DNA of 64,000 nt, taken from an uncultured Thermoleophilia bacterium. GTDB taxonomy: Bacteria; Actinomycetota; Thermoleophilia; UBA2241. The DNA lies in NCBI GenBank assembly GCA_963829205.1, contig CAWHHT010000005.1:1032082-1096081 (forward strand), written 5' to 3'. The notes below the pieces were generated by a model. That model saw only the letters and a list, made by a program, of their open reading frames with translations. It made no database searches and had not been told where the DNA came from. Position 1 is the stretch's first letter; each line of letters begins with the position of its first letter. Position numbers and translations under genes: made by a program. Positions 9,089 to 17,006 of the stretch are shown in pieces.

Positions 9089-9907
9089 TCAGTATACGCG
9101 GGAGGCGAGCGGCTCAAGCGCCCGGTCCGAGAGGCGCAGCCACGAGTCGTAGCCTGCCGCCCGTGCCCAGGCGCGCGCCTCGGCGAGGTGCGCGCCCACC
9201 TCGGCCGCGGCGTGCGCGTCGGAGCCGAAGGTGACGGCGACGCCCGCCACGCGGGCACGCTCGAGGAGGCTCAGTGAGGGATACGGCTCCCCGATGGGAT
9301 GACGGTCGAGCCCAGCGGTGTTGACCTCGATCGCCATACCGGCCGCCGCGATGGCCCGGATCACCTCAAGCTCGAGGTCGCCCATGTCGCCGCGCGGGCG
9401 AAAGCCCCATTTCTTGGGGAGATCGAGATGGGCGACCACGTCGAACGCGCCGGTCTTGGCCGCTTCGATGAGCGTCTCGTAGTAGCGGCGCCAGAGGCGG
9501 TCCACGTCGCGCCAGCCCGCGGCCGCGCGGTTGTGCGATTCGTCGAAACTGAAGCCGTCGACGAAGTGCACCGCGCACAGGGCGTAGTCGAAGGGGTATG
9601 CCGCCAGCAGCTCCAGGATCTCTTCGGCGGCACCCGGCACATAGTCGGCCTCGACGCCGCAGAGGAGACGGATGCCCGGGTAGCGCGCCGCCGCCGAGCG
9701 CACCGCGGCCACGTACTGGCCGAAGTCCTCGCGAGGGCAGCAGGCGCTGTCCGCGAGGCATGCAGGCGTGAAGTGCTCGGCGAAGCCCAGCTCAGGCAGG
9801 CCCAGCTCCAAGGCGCGTTCGACGCAAGCGGAGATCCCGTCCGCACCGTCGGAGAACCGGGTGTGCACGTGGTAGTCGCACATGCCTGCCGTGCTGCCGG
9901 CTAGCAT
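9089..9907 (-). CDS. Histidinol-phosphate phosphatase, PHP family (HisJ/HisK type)
   Basis: MCDYHVHTRFSDG...EADY...HLDLPKK...GSDAH metal-ligand pattern of PHP histidinol phosphatases. The ATG at 9907 overlaps the upstream stop (ATGCTAG). An alternative ATG is at 9883. Confidence 0.8.
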   Translation of the reverse strand: MLAGSTAGMCDYHVHTRFSDGADGISACVERALELGLPELGFAEHFTPACLADSACCPREDFGQYVAAVRSAAARYPGIRLLCGVEADYVPGAAEEILELLAAYPFDYALCAVHFVDGFSFDESHNRAAAGWRDVDRLWRRYYETLIEAAKTGAFDVVAHLDLPKKWGFRPRGDMGDLELEVIRAIAAAGMAIEVNTAGLDRHPIGEPYPSLSLLERARVAGVAVTFGSDAHAAAEVGAHLAEARAWARAAGYDSWLRLSDRALEPLASRVY

Positions 9908-11106
9908 CCCTCGTCGCCCTCTGCCGCGATCGACTCGCGGAGTATGGCGAGACCCTCCGCGAGCTCCTCGCGTGTGATGGTCAGCGCCGGGAAGACGCGG
10001 ATCGCGTTTCCCTGGGTCCGGCGCACGAACAGGCGCCGCGAGAGGCAGCGAGCGTCGACTCTCGCGGCGCTCGCCTCGTCGCGGAGCTCGACGAGGAGCA
10101 GGAGCCCCGCGCCGCGGACGGCCGTGACGGCGCGCGGGTAGGCCTCAAGCCACGTGGTCATCTCCGCCAGCGCCCAGCGCCCGACCTCCGCCACGTGACC
10201 GGCGATGTCCTCGTCGAGCAGAACGCGCATGACGGCGCGAGCGACGGAGCAGGCGAGCGGGTTGCCGCAGTAGGTGCCGCCATGGTCCCCGGGCTCCAGC
10301 TTCTCCGAGACCTCCTCGGAGACGGCGAAGGCTCCCATCGGGAAGCCCCCGGCGATGCCCTTGGCCATCGTCAGGAAGTCCGGCCGCGCGCCGGAGCCGC
10401 TCACAGCGAACATCGGCCCTGTGCGGCAGAAGCCGGTCTGCACTTCGTCGACGATGAGGAGCGTCCCATTGGCTTTGCACAGCTCGGAGACCCCGGCGAG
10501 ATAGCCTGCGGTAGGGATCCGCACGCCACCTTCGCCCTGGATCGGCTCGACGATCACCGCGGCGACGTCGGCGTCGAGGGTCCCGCCCAGCCCCGCGAGG
10601 TCGTCGTAGCCAACGAAACGATACCCGGGCACCAGGGGAACGAACTTGTCGCGGTGAGCCGATTGTCCGGTGGCCGAGAGCGTGCTGAGCGTCCTGCCGT
10701 GGAAGCTGCCCTCCGTCGCGATGACCGCCCGGCGACCCGTCACCTTGCGGGCGAGCTTGATCGCCGCATCGTTGGCCTCGGCACCGCTGTTGGTGAAGAA
10801 CACGCGCGTCAGAGGAGACGGCAGCAGTTCCGTCAGCAGCGACAGCAGCGCCGCGCGAGCCGGCGAGTAGGTGAGCCCAGCGTTCGGGCCCTGGAGGATA
10901 CGCCCTCCCTGCTCGGCAAGCGCCGCGCGGATAGCGGGATGGGCGTGACCGATGGAGGTGACGCCCCAGCCGGCGGTCAGGTCGAGATAGCGACCGCCTT
11001 CCTCGTCCCACACGCGCACGCCGACGCCGCGCTCGATCGCGACCGGGATCTTGGCGAAGAACGGCGGCATGCACGCGTCCTCGATGGAGATGGTCTCAGC
11101 GCTCAC
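9901..11106 (-). CDS. Class-III PLP aminotransferase (acetylornithine/GABA aminotransferase-like)
   Basis: GHAHP, FFTNSGAEANDAAIKLAR, GSFHGRT, DEVQTGFCRTG and TMAKGIAGGFP motifs. A GTG at 11106 overlaps the hisA stop as GTGA. The N-terminal 72 codons of the listed ORF are Arg/Gly junk. Confidence 0.85.
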   Translation of the reverse strand: MSAETISIEDACMPPFFAKIPVAIERGVGVRVWDEEGGRYLDLTAGWGVTSIGHAHPAIRAALAEQGGRILQGPNAGLTYSPARAALLSLLTELLPSPLTRVFFTNSGAEANDAAIKLARKVTGRRAVIATEGSFHGRTLSTLSATGQSAHRDKFVPLVPGYRFVGYDDLAGLGGTLDADVAAVIVEPIQGEGGVRIPTAGYLAGVSELCKANGTLLIVDEVQTGFCRTGPMFAVSGSGARPDFLTMAKGIAGGFPMGAFAVSEEVSEKLEPGDHGGTYCGNPLACSVARAVMRVLLDEDIAGHVAEVGRWALAEMTTWLEAYPRAVTAVRGAGLLLLVELRDEASAARVDARCLSRRLFVRRTQGNAIRVFPALTITREELAEGLAILRESIAAEGDEGC

Positions 11107-11786
11107 GGGAGATCCGCCTCCGACCCGGCCGTGTAGACCGCCATGCCCACCACGGCGTCGACGCCCATCTCGTCGAGGGTCTGGATCTCGGCCCGCGTCG
11201 CGATCCCTCCCGCCGCGAAGAGCCGGCGCGACGTCGCGGCGCGAAGCCGCCGCACCGCCGCGAGAGGGATGCCCTCCATCAGACCCTCCGTGTCGATGTT
11301 GGTGTACAGAAAGCCGCCGCACCAGGGCTCGAGCGCCTGCATCATGTCGAAGGGCGCGATGGACGTGCGCTGCTGCCAGCCGGCTACAGCGACGTGCCCC
11401 TGCCGGGAGTCGAGCGCGAACACGAGGCGCTCCCGTCCCGCCGCGGCGGCCAGGCGCGCGGCGAAGTCGCGGTCGACGCCGTCCTCGCGCACGAGAGCGG
11501 ACCCCACGATCACCGCCTGAGCGCCCGCGTCGAGCATCGCCAGAGCCGCGTCGAGCGAGCGGATGCCGCCGCCGACCTGGCAGGGCAGCTCGCCGGCCAG
11601 GCGTGCCACCAGCGCGCGGTTGTCGCCGCTGCCCATGGCGGCGTCGAGGTCGATGAGCTGGACCAGCGGGTAGGCGGCGAAACGCTCCACCCAGGGTTCG
11701 ACGTCGTCGAACTCGAGCGCGACGTCCTTGCCGTGGACGAGCTGCACGACTTTGCCACCCATCAGGTCGATGGCGGGGATCAGCAT
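11103..11786 (-). CDS. hisA: ProFAR isomerase HisA
   Basis: [16 protein letters not shown]...QVGGGIRS...GGIATRAEI are typical HisA (beta/alpha)8 phosphate-binding motifs. The start overlaps the hisF stop. Confidence 0.9.
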   Translation of the reverse strand: MLIPAIDLMGGKVVQLVHGKDVALEFDDVEPWVERFAAYPLVQLIDLDAAMGSGDNRALVARLAGELPCQVGGGIRSLDAALAMLDAGAQAVIVGSALVREDGVDRDFAARLAAAAGRERLVFALDSRQGHVAVAGWQQRTSIAPFDMMQALEPWCGGFLYTNIDTEGLMEGIPLAAVRRLRAATSRRLFAAGGIATRAEIQTLDEMGVDAVVGMAVYTAGSEADLP

Positions 11787-12547
11787 GGCAACCTCACAGG
11801 GATACCGAGGGATTTGAGGAACCGCTTGAGATACTCCATCGACTCGATGCCGTAGTGGAAGATGGATGCCGCCAGGGCGGCGTCCGCGCGCCCCTCGCGG
11901 AACACGTCGCCGAAGTGCTCGGCGCCACCGGCGCCGCCGGAGGCGATCACGGGGATGCGTACCGCATCCGCGACGCGCGCGGTGAGCTCGCAGTCGAAGC
12001 CGGACTTGGTGCCGTCGCGATCCATGGACGTGAGGAGGATCTCGCCGGCGCCGCGCTGCTCGGCCTCGCGGACCCAGGCGAGGGCGTCCCGCCCGGTCGG
12101 CCGGCTGCCGCCCGCGCTCCAGACGTCCCAGCCGCCGCCATCCAGGCGCCGCTTCGCGTCGACCGCGACCACGACGGCTTGCGAGCCGAAGCGCGCGGCG
12201 ATCGCCTCGATGAGCTCCGGGCGAGCGAGCGCCGCCGAGTTCACTCCGACTTTGTCGGCGCCGGCCTCGATCACGGCGGCGGCCTGCGAGAGCGTGCCGA
12301 TGCCGCCGCCCACGGTGAACGGGATGAAGAGCTCGCGCGCCGCGCGGCTGACGACGTCGAGCGCCGTGCTGCGCCCGCCGCGGGTCGCGGAGATGTCGAG
12401 GAGCACGATCTCGTCGGCCCCGGATCCGCTGTGCCGGCAGGCGAGCTCCACCGGATCACCGGCATCGCGCAAGTCGCAGAACGAGACGCCTTTGACCACC
12501 CGTCCCCCGTCGACGTCCAGGCAGGCGATGATGCGTTTGCTCAGCAC
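11780..12547 (-). CDS. hisF: Imidazole glycerol phosphate synthase cyclase subunit HisF
   Basis: [17 protein letters not shown]...TVGGGI...DAK...SGGAG...[12 protein letters not shown] at 12547 overlaps the hisH stop (GTGCTGA). Confidence 0.95.
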   Translation of the reverse strand: MLSKRIIACLDVDGGRVVKGVSFCDLRDAGDPVELACRHSGSGADEIVLLDISATRGGRSTALDVVSRAARELFIPFTVGGGIGTLSQAAAVIEAGADKVGVNSAALARPELIEAIAARFGSQAVVVAVDAKRRLDGGGWDVWSAGGSRPTGRDALAWVREAEQRGAGEILLTSMDRDGTKSGFDCELTARVADAVRIPVIASGGAGGAEHFGDVFREGRADAALAASIFHYGIESMEYLKRFLKSLGIPVRLPC

Positions 12548-13131
12548 GAGCAGAAGTTGTCGAGGATCGCGAGCCCGGCGTCGCCGGACTTCTCGGGGTG
12601 GAACTGCGTGCCGAAGAGGTTGCCGCGCTCGACCGCGGCCGTGTGCGGCGCGCCGTGAGTGCAGGTGGCTATGGTCTCGCCGACCAGTGGCGCGTAGTAG
12701 CCGTGCGTGAAGTACGCGTAGGTGCCCGAAGGCAGGCCGCGCAGCAGCCGGCTCTGCGCCCCGATCTCGAGCTGATCCCAGCCGACCTGAGGCGACTTCA
12801 CGTCCGCGGGGAACGCGCGGCAGCGGCCCCAGAAGGCTCCCAACCCCGCCAGCTCGGGGTCCTCGTCGGAGGCCTCGAAGAGCCACTGCATGCCGAGGCA
12901 GATACCGAGCACCGGCGTGCGCTCCGCGATGCGGCTCTCGATGATCGCGGTCAAGCCGCTGGCGGCGAGCGTCGTCGTCGCGCTGAAGTGGCCCACGCCG
13001 GGCACGATGACCCGATCCGCCGCGTTCACAACGGCCGGATCGCCGGTGACGACGCACTCGCGGCCGAGGTGGTCGAGCGCGCGCTGCACCGAGGTGACGT
13101 TGCCGGCGCCGTAGTCGACCACGGCGATCAC
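12541..13131 (-). CDS. hisH: Imidazole glycerol phosphate synthase glutaminase subunit HisH
   Basis: [15 protein letters not shown]...PGVG...GICLGMQ...QFHPEKS triad motifs. A GTG at 13131 overlaps the hisB stop as GTGA. Confidence 0.95.
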   Translation of the reverse strand: MIAVVDYGAGNVTSVQRALDHLGRECVVTGDPAVVNAADRVIVPGVGHFSATTTLAASGLTAIIESRIAERTPVLGICLGMQWLFEASDEDPELAGLGAFWGRCRAFPADVKSPQVGWDQLEIGAQSRLLRGLPSGTYAYFTHGYYAPLVGETIATCTHGAPHTAAVERGNLFGTQFHPEKSGDAGLAILDNFCSC

Positions 13132-13733
13132 AGCAGGCCCTTGGTGCTCGGCAGCGTGTCCTGCAGCCGCGCGTCGATGCGGCAAGCCGCGCTCAGCGCG
13201 CGCGCGAAGGCCTTGAACAGCGCCTCGACCTTGTGGTGGCCGGAGCGGCCGTACAGCACGCGGACGTGGACGTTGGCGCGCGCTCCGCGCGCGAAGCCCT
13301 CGAAGAAGTCGGTGACCAGACCGCTCTGCAGGTCCCCCACGAGCTTCGCCCGTACCTTCGGCTCGACGACCGCCGCGCTGCGCCCGCCAAAATCGACCGC
13401 CGCCAGCGCAAGCGCCTCGTCCATCGGCATCAGGAAGCTGCCGGCGCGCGCGATGCCCTCCTTGCCGCCGAGCGCCTCATCGAACGCTTCGCCGAGGGCG
13501 ATGCCGACGTCTTCCACCGTGTGGTGCTGATCGACGTCGAGGTCGCCCTCGGCCCGCAGCTCCAGGTCGAAGCCGCCGTGGCGGGCGAGCAACTCGAGCA
13601 TGTGGTCGAGGAAGCGGATCCCGGTGGAGACCTCGTAGGCGCCGCGTCCTTCGAGGGCGAGCGTCAACGCGATGCTCGTCTCCGAGGTCCGCCGGTCGAC
13701 GCGGGCCGACCTCCCAGTGGTGGACGCCATCAC
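13128..13733 (-). CDS. hisB: Imidazoleglycerol-phosphate dehydratase HisB
   Basis: [11 protein letters not shown]...FLDHML...[14 protein letters not shown]...SGHHKVEA motifs. The start is the GTG at 13733 or the ATG at 13730, and both overlap the hisG stop. Confidence 0.95.
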   Translation of the reverse strand: MMASTTGRSARVDRRTSETSIALTLALEGRGAYEVSTGIRFLDHMLELLARHGGFDLELRAEGDLDVDQHHTVEDVGIALGEAFDEALGGKEGIARAGSFLMPMDEALALAAVDFGGRSAAVVEPKVRAKLVGDLQSGLVTDFFEGFARGARANVHVRVLYGRSGHHKVEALFKAFARALSAACRIDARLQDTLPSTKGLL

Positions 13734-14599
13734 CCGACCACCTTGTTGAGCGGGTACTCGACGATGCCCTCGGCCCGCGCCGCCTTGAGCTGCGGCAAGA
13801 CCGCCCAGGCCTTGGTCTCCTCGATCACCGTGTTCACGGCGACCCAGGCGCCGTCACTGAGCTCCGCCACGGTCGGCTTGTTGAGCGCCGGCAGCACGGC
13901 CAGCACCCCGTCGAGGTCGGCGCGGCGCACGTTGAGCATGAGACCCACGCGCCCTCTCGCCTCGAGGGCGCCGCCGAGCATCAGGGCGAGATCGCGGACC
14001 TTGGCGCGTCTGCGCGCATCGGCCCAGGAGGCGGGATTGGCGATCAGCTGTGTGCTGGACTCCAGCACGGTGTCGAGGATGCGCAGGTCGTGGGCTCGCA
14101 GCGAGCTCCCGGTCTCGGTGACCTCGACGATGGCGTCGGCGAGCTCAGGCGGCTTGAGCTCCGTGGCGCCCCACGAGAACTCGACCTCGACGGGTACGCC
14201 CTTGCCGGCGAAGTAGCGACGCGTGACCGCGACCAGCTCGGTGGCGATGGTGCAGCCGGCGAGGTCCTCGGGCTCGTGGAAGCGCGAGTCCCTGGGGGCC
14301 GCGAGGACCCACTGCACGCGGCCCCTGCTCTGCTTGGCGTAGGCGAGGTCGCACACGGTGGCCACCTCGAGGCCGCTCTCCATCACCCAGTCGAGCCCGG
14401 TGAGCCCGGCGTCGAGCACGCCGTGGGCGACGTAGCGCGCCATCTCCTGGGCGCGGATGAGCAGGCACTCGATCTCCGGGTCGCTCGTGGAGGCGTGGTA
14501 GGACCTGCCGCTCACGTAGACGTCGAGACCGGCGCAGGCCAGCAGCTTCAGAGTCGCGTCCTGCAGGCTGCCCTTGGGGATCCCCAGCTGCAGCTTCAT
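13730..14599 (-). CDS. hisG: ATP phosphoribosyltransferase HisG (long form)
   Basis: [20 protein letters not shown]...[12 protein letters not shown], with a C-terminal regulatory domain. The ATG at 14599 overlaps the hisI stop as ATGA. The upstream 128 codons of the listed 417-aa ORF are out-of-gene. Confidence 0.9.
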   Translation of the reverse strand: MKLQLGIPKGSLQDATLKLLACAGLDVYVSGRSYHASTSDPEIECLLIRAQEMARYVAHGVLDAGLTGLDWVMESGLEVATVCDLAYAKQSRGRVQWVLAAPRDSRFHEPEDLAGCTIATELVAVTRRYFAGKGVPVEVEFSWGATELKPPELADAIVEVTETGSSLRAHDLRILDTVLESSTQLIANPASWADARRRAKVRDLALMLGGALEARGRVGLMLNVRRADLDGVLAVLPALNKPTVAELSDGAWVAVNTVIEETKAWAVLPQLKAARAEGIVEYPLNKVVG

Positions 14600-14949
14600 G
14601 GCGCCGCCTGCTGCGGTCCGGCGCCCGGCAGCTCCAGCCGCTCGGTGAAGCAGGTGGACGTGCCGTTGTGACAGATCTGGCCGTCGCCCTGCACCCGCAC
14701 GCGCAGCAGGAGCGCATCGCGGTCGCAGTCCGTGGTGATGGACGAGACGACGGCGAAGTTGCCGGATGTCTCCCCCTTGGTCCAGAGGCACTCGCGCGTG
14801 CGGCTCAGGAACGTCGCGAGACCCGTCTCCACGGTCTTCGCGAGCGCCTCCCTGTTCATGAACCCCACCATCAGCACCGCATCGCTGTCGGCGTCCTGAA
14901 GCACGACCGGCAGCAGGTGGCCGTGCTTCTCGAAATCGAGGTCGATCAT
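14596..14949 (-). CDS. hisI: Phosphoribosyl-AMP cyclohydrolase HisI (monofunctional, no HisE fusion)
   Basis: [26 protein letters not shown]...[10 protein letters not shown]...DCDRDALL...CHNG. The ATG at 14949 has AAAGGGGA 9 nt upstream. Confidence 0.9.
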   Translation of the reverse strand: MIDLDFEKHGHLLPVVLQDADSDAVLMVGFMNREALAKTVETGLATFLSRTRECLWTKGETSGNFAVVSSITTDCDRDALLLRVRVQGDGQICHNGTSTCFTERLELPGAGPQQAAP

Positions 14950-14983
14950 GACGTCTGGTCCCCTTTGGCTCGGATGTGGGCAC

Positions 14984-15020
14984 AAAAAAAGCCCGCCTCA
15001 GCTTGTCGCTGCGGCGGGCT
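14984..15020 (-). terminator. Intrinsic terminator / attenuator hairpin upstream of hisI
   Basis: Minus strand reads AGCCCGCCGCAGC-GACAA-GCTGAGGCGGGCT (12 bp, one mismatch) followed by TTTTTTT. It ends about 35 nt before the hisI ATG. Confidence 0.75.
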
Positions 15021-15042
15021 TGACCTGAGAGAGTGCTTGCTT

Positions 15043-15117
15043 CTAGGTGCAGAGCTCCGCCGACGTGGGGGGCACGTGCTTGTGGTGATGGCGCTTGGTG
15101 TGCGTCAGCGGAGACAT
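15043..15117 (-). CDS. Candidate his-operon leader peptide (24 aa, [24 protein letters not shown])
   Basis: Unlisted small ORF with codons CAC...CAT CAC CAC AAG CAC, giving 5 His in 24 residues. It sits between a TTGACA/CATAGT promoter-like pair and the terminator. It has no Shine-Dalgarno, so it may be near-leaderless. Confidence 0.55.
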   Translation of the reverse strand: MSPLTHTKRHHHKHVPPTSAELCT

Positions 15118-15126
15118 TGAGCAGGT

Positions 15127-15155
15127 ACTATGCGCGAGATCTGCGCCGCTGTCAA
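15127..15155 (-). promoter_or_regulatory. Candidate promoter of the his leader (-35 TTGACA, 17-nt spacer, -10 CATAGT)
   Basis: Read on the minus strand: TTGACA at 15155-15150 and CATAGT at 15132-15127. The leader ATG follows 9 nt after the -10 element. Confidence 0.45.
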
Positions 15156-15267
15156 TGGGAACTGTTGCACATTGCGAGCGCAGGGGTACTCAGTGGATGG
15201 GCGAACTAGGCGCCAGCAGGTTGACGCGCCGCGGACGTCTCGACCGTGGCAGGCAGAGGAGTCGACG

Positions 15268-15982
15268 ATGGGGGTCGATGGCTCGTTTCGCGATGGACGG
15301 TCGCTCTCTTTCCACGAGGGAGACACCGGGCTGTCCACGGTCCGTGACGAGTACGAGCAAGCCGTCGTCGACACGGACCAGGACCACGCCCTGGCCGTCC
15401 TGCAAGACGCGGTCGAGGCCGGCATGGGCTGAGGTCCTCGTGTCGAGATCGTCACGCTTCGCTCGACGCGAGTGCGGCTCTGACCGCGGCCAGTCGTCCC
15501 TGGCCCAGCACTTCATGACCTCGCAGATCGCGTCGAGAGCTACCGAGCTCCTCGTCGCTCAGTTCGAGACTCCGGCAAAGGCGATAGGCCGCGTCGTCAT
15601 CGGGACCGCGCAGGGCGACTTCCACGGCCTTGGCGCCCGCATCGTCGCGGGCTGCCTGCGGGCCTCCATGATCGACGTGGTCGACCTCGGGAGGGACGTG
15701 CCGCCGGGGCGTTTCGTCGACGCGGCCGTGGAATCGGGCGCAGGCGTGATCTGCGTGTCCTCGATGATGCTGCACACCGCTCGCGGGGCAAACGGCCCGG
15801 CGGCGGTGCGCAGGCTTCTCAGAGAACGCGAGCTGGAGCGTGACATCAAGATCGCCGTGGGCGGGGCACCCTTCCGCCACGATCCCGGCCTTTGGCAGGT
15901 CGTCGGAGCGGACACTTGGGCAGAGAACGGCCTCGCCGCGGGCAAGGTCGTCAACGGGTTGCTGCAGGGGGTGAGGCGGTGA
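15268..15982 (+). pseudogene. Corrinoid (cobalamin-binding) protein, MtaC/MtbC-like, apparent 1-nt insertion
   Basis: The N-terminal cap (YEQAVVDTDQDHALAVLQDAVEAGMG) is in frame 1 and ends at TGA 15430-15432. The B12-binding domain with DxHxxG (GDFHGLG) continues in frame 2 to 15982. The length is 3n+1. GAGGAG lies 7 nt before the ATG at 15268. Confidence 0.8.
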
Positions 15983-17006
15983 CGACAGGCATGGAGCGCC
16001 TCGAGGCCGCTGCGGGCGGCGGCATCGCCGACCGCATCCCGGTATTCTGCAACCTGCTGGATCAGGGGGCCCGCGCGCTCGGCATGCCTCTGCGCGAGTA
16101 CTACTCCAACGGCGAGCACGTGGCCGAGGCACAGTTGAAGATGAGCGAGGCCTACGGATACGACTGCCTCTGGAGCCTCTTCTACGTGGGCAAGGCGGCA
16201 GAGCTGCTCGGGTGCCGGAGCATCTTCTTCGCCGACGATGGGCCTTGAACGTCGGCGAGAAGGTCATCAGGACCTACGACGACATCCACAAGCTGGAGGT
16301 CCCCGCCGACGTGGCCGAGCATCCGGTGTTCGCGGAGTCGCTGGAGTGCCTGCGCATCCTTCGCCATGAGTCGGGCGGGCAGCGGCCGATCTGCGCCTAC
16401 CTGACCGCGTCGCTGACGCTGCCGGCGATCCTCATGGGCATGGACAAGTGGATCGAGCTCCTGCTCGGTGGTCCGGCCGAGGTGCGTGACGAGCTCCTGT
16501 CCAAGTGCTCGGAGTTCTTCCGCAAGGAGGCCAAGGCGTACCGTGACGCCGGCGCCGACGTGCTCCTGTACTCCAACCCCTTCGGCTCGCTGGACGTCGT
16601 GCCCGAGGGCGTGTTCGAGTCGCTCTCGATCCCGTGGATGGTGCGGGATCTCGAGGCCGACGGCACCGACGGAGTCGTGTACTACTGTGGCGGCGCGTGC
16701 CTCAACGATGTGCTCTCGCGCGTGCGCGCCGCGACCGGCATCGGGACCTACTACCTGAGCCCCTTCGACGATATCTCCGAGGCCAAGACGACACTGGACG
16801 ACGGGGCCATGGTCTTCGGGGTCATCAACGACATCCGCCTCGTCGACTGGACCGATGAGGAAATCGTCACCGACGTGCGCCGACTCCTGTCGGCCGGCAT
16901 GCCGGGCGGGCGCAATGGCTTCGGCACGCTCGTCATGCCGCTCGCCATCCCGGAGGCGCACATCCGCACGATGCTCCGCGCCGCATATGAGCTCGGCCGT
17001 GTCTGA
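15979..17006 (+). pseudogene. MtaA/CmuA-type (uroporphyrinogen decarboxylase-fold) methyltransferase, apparent 1-nt deletion
   Basis: The N-terminal part (...SLFYVGKAAELLGCRSIFFADDGP) stops at 16246-16248. The rest (NVGEKVIRTYDDIHKLEVP...YYCGGACL...) is in another frame to 17006. The length is 3n+2. A GTG at 15979 overlaps the corrinoid stop as GTGA. Confidence 0.8.

Noticed and set aside
14950-15267. T-box riboswitch as the his-operon leader
   Set aside because: I could not find the conserved T-box sequence (AGGGTGGNACCGCG-like) or a specifier-loop architecture. The His-codon ORF plus terminator explains the region better.
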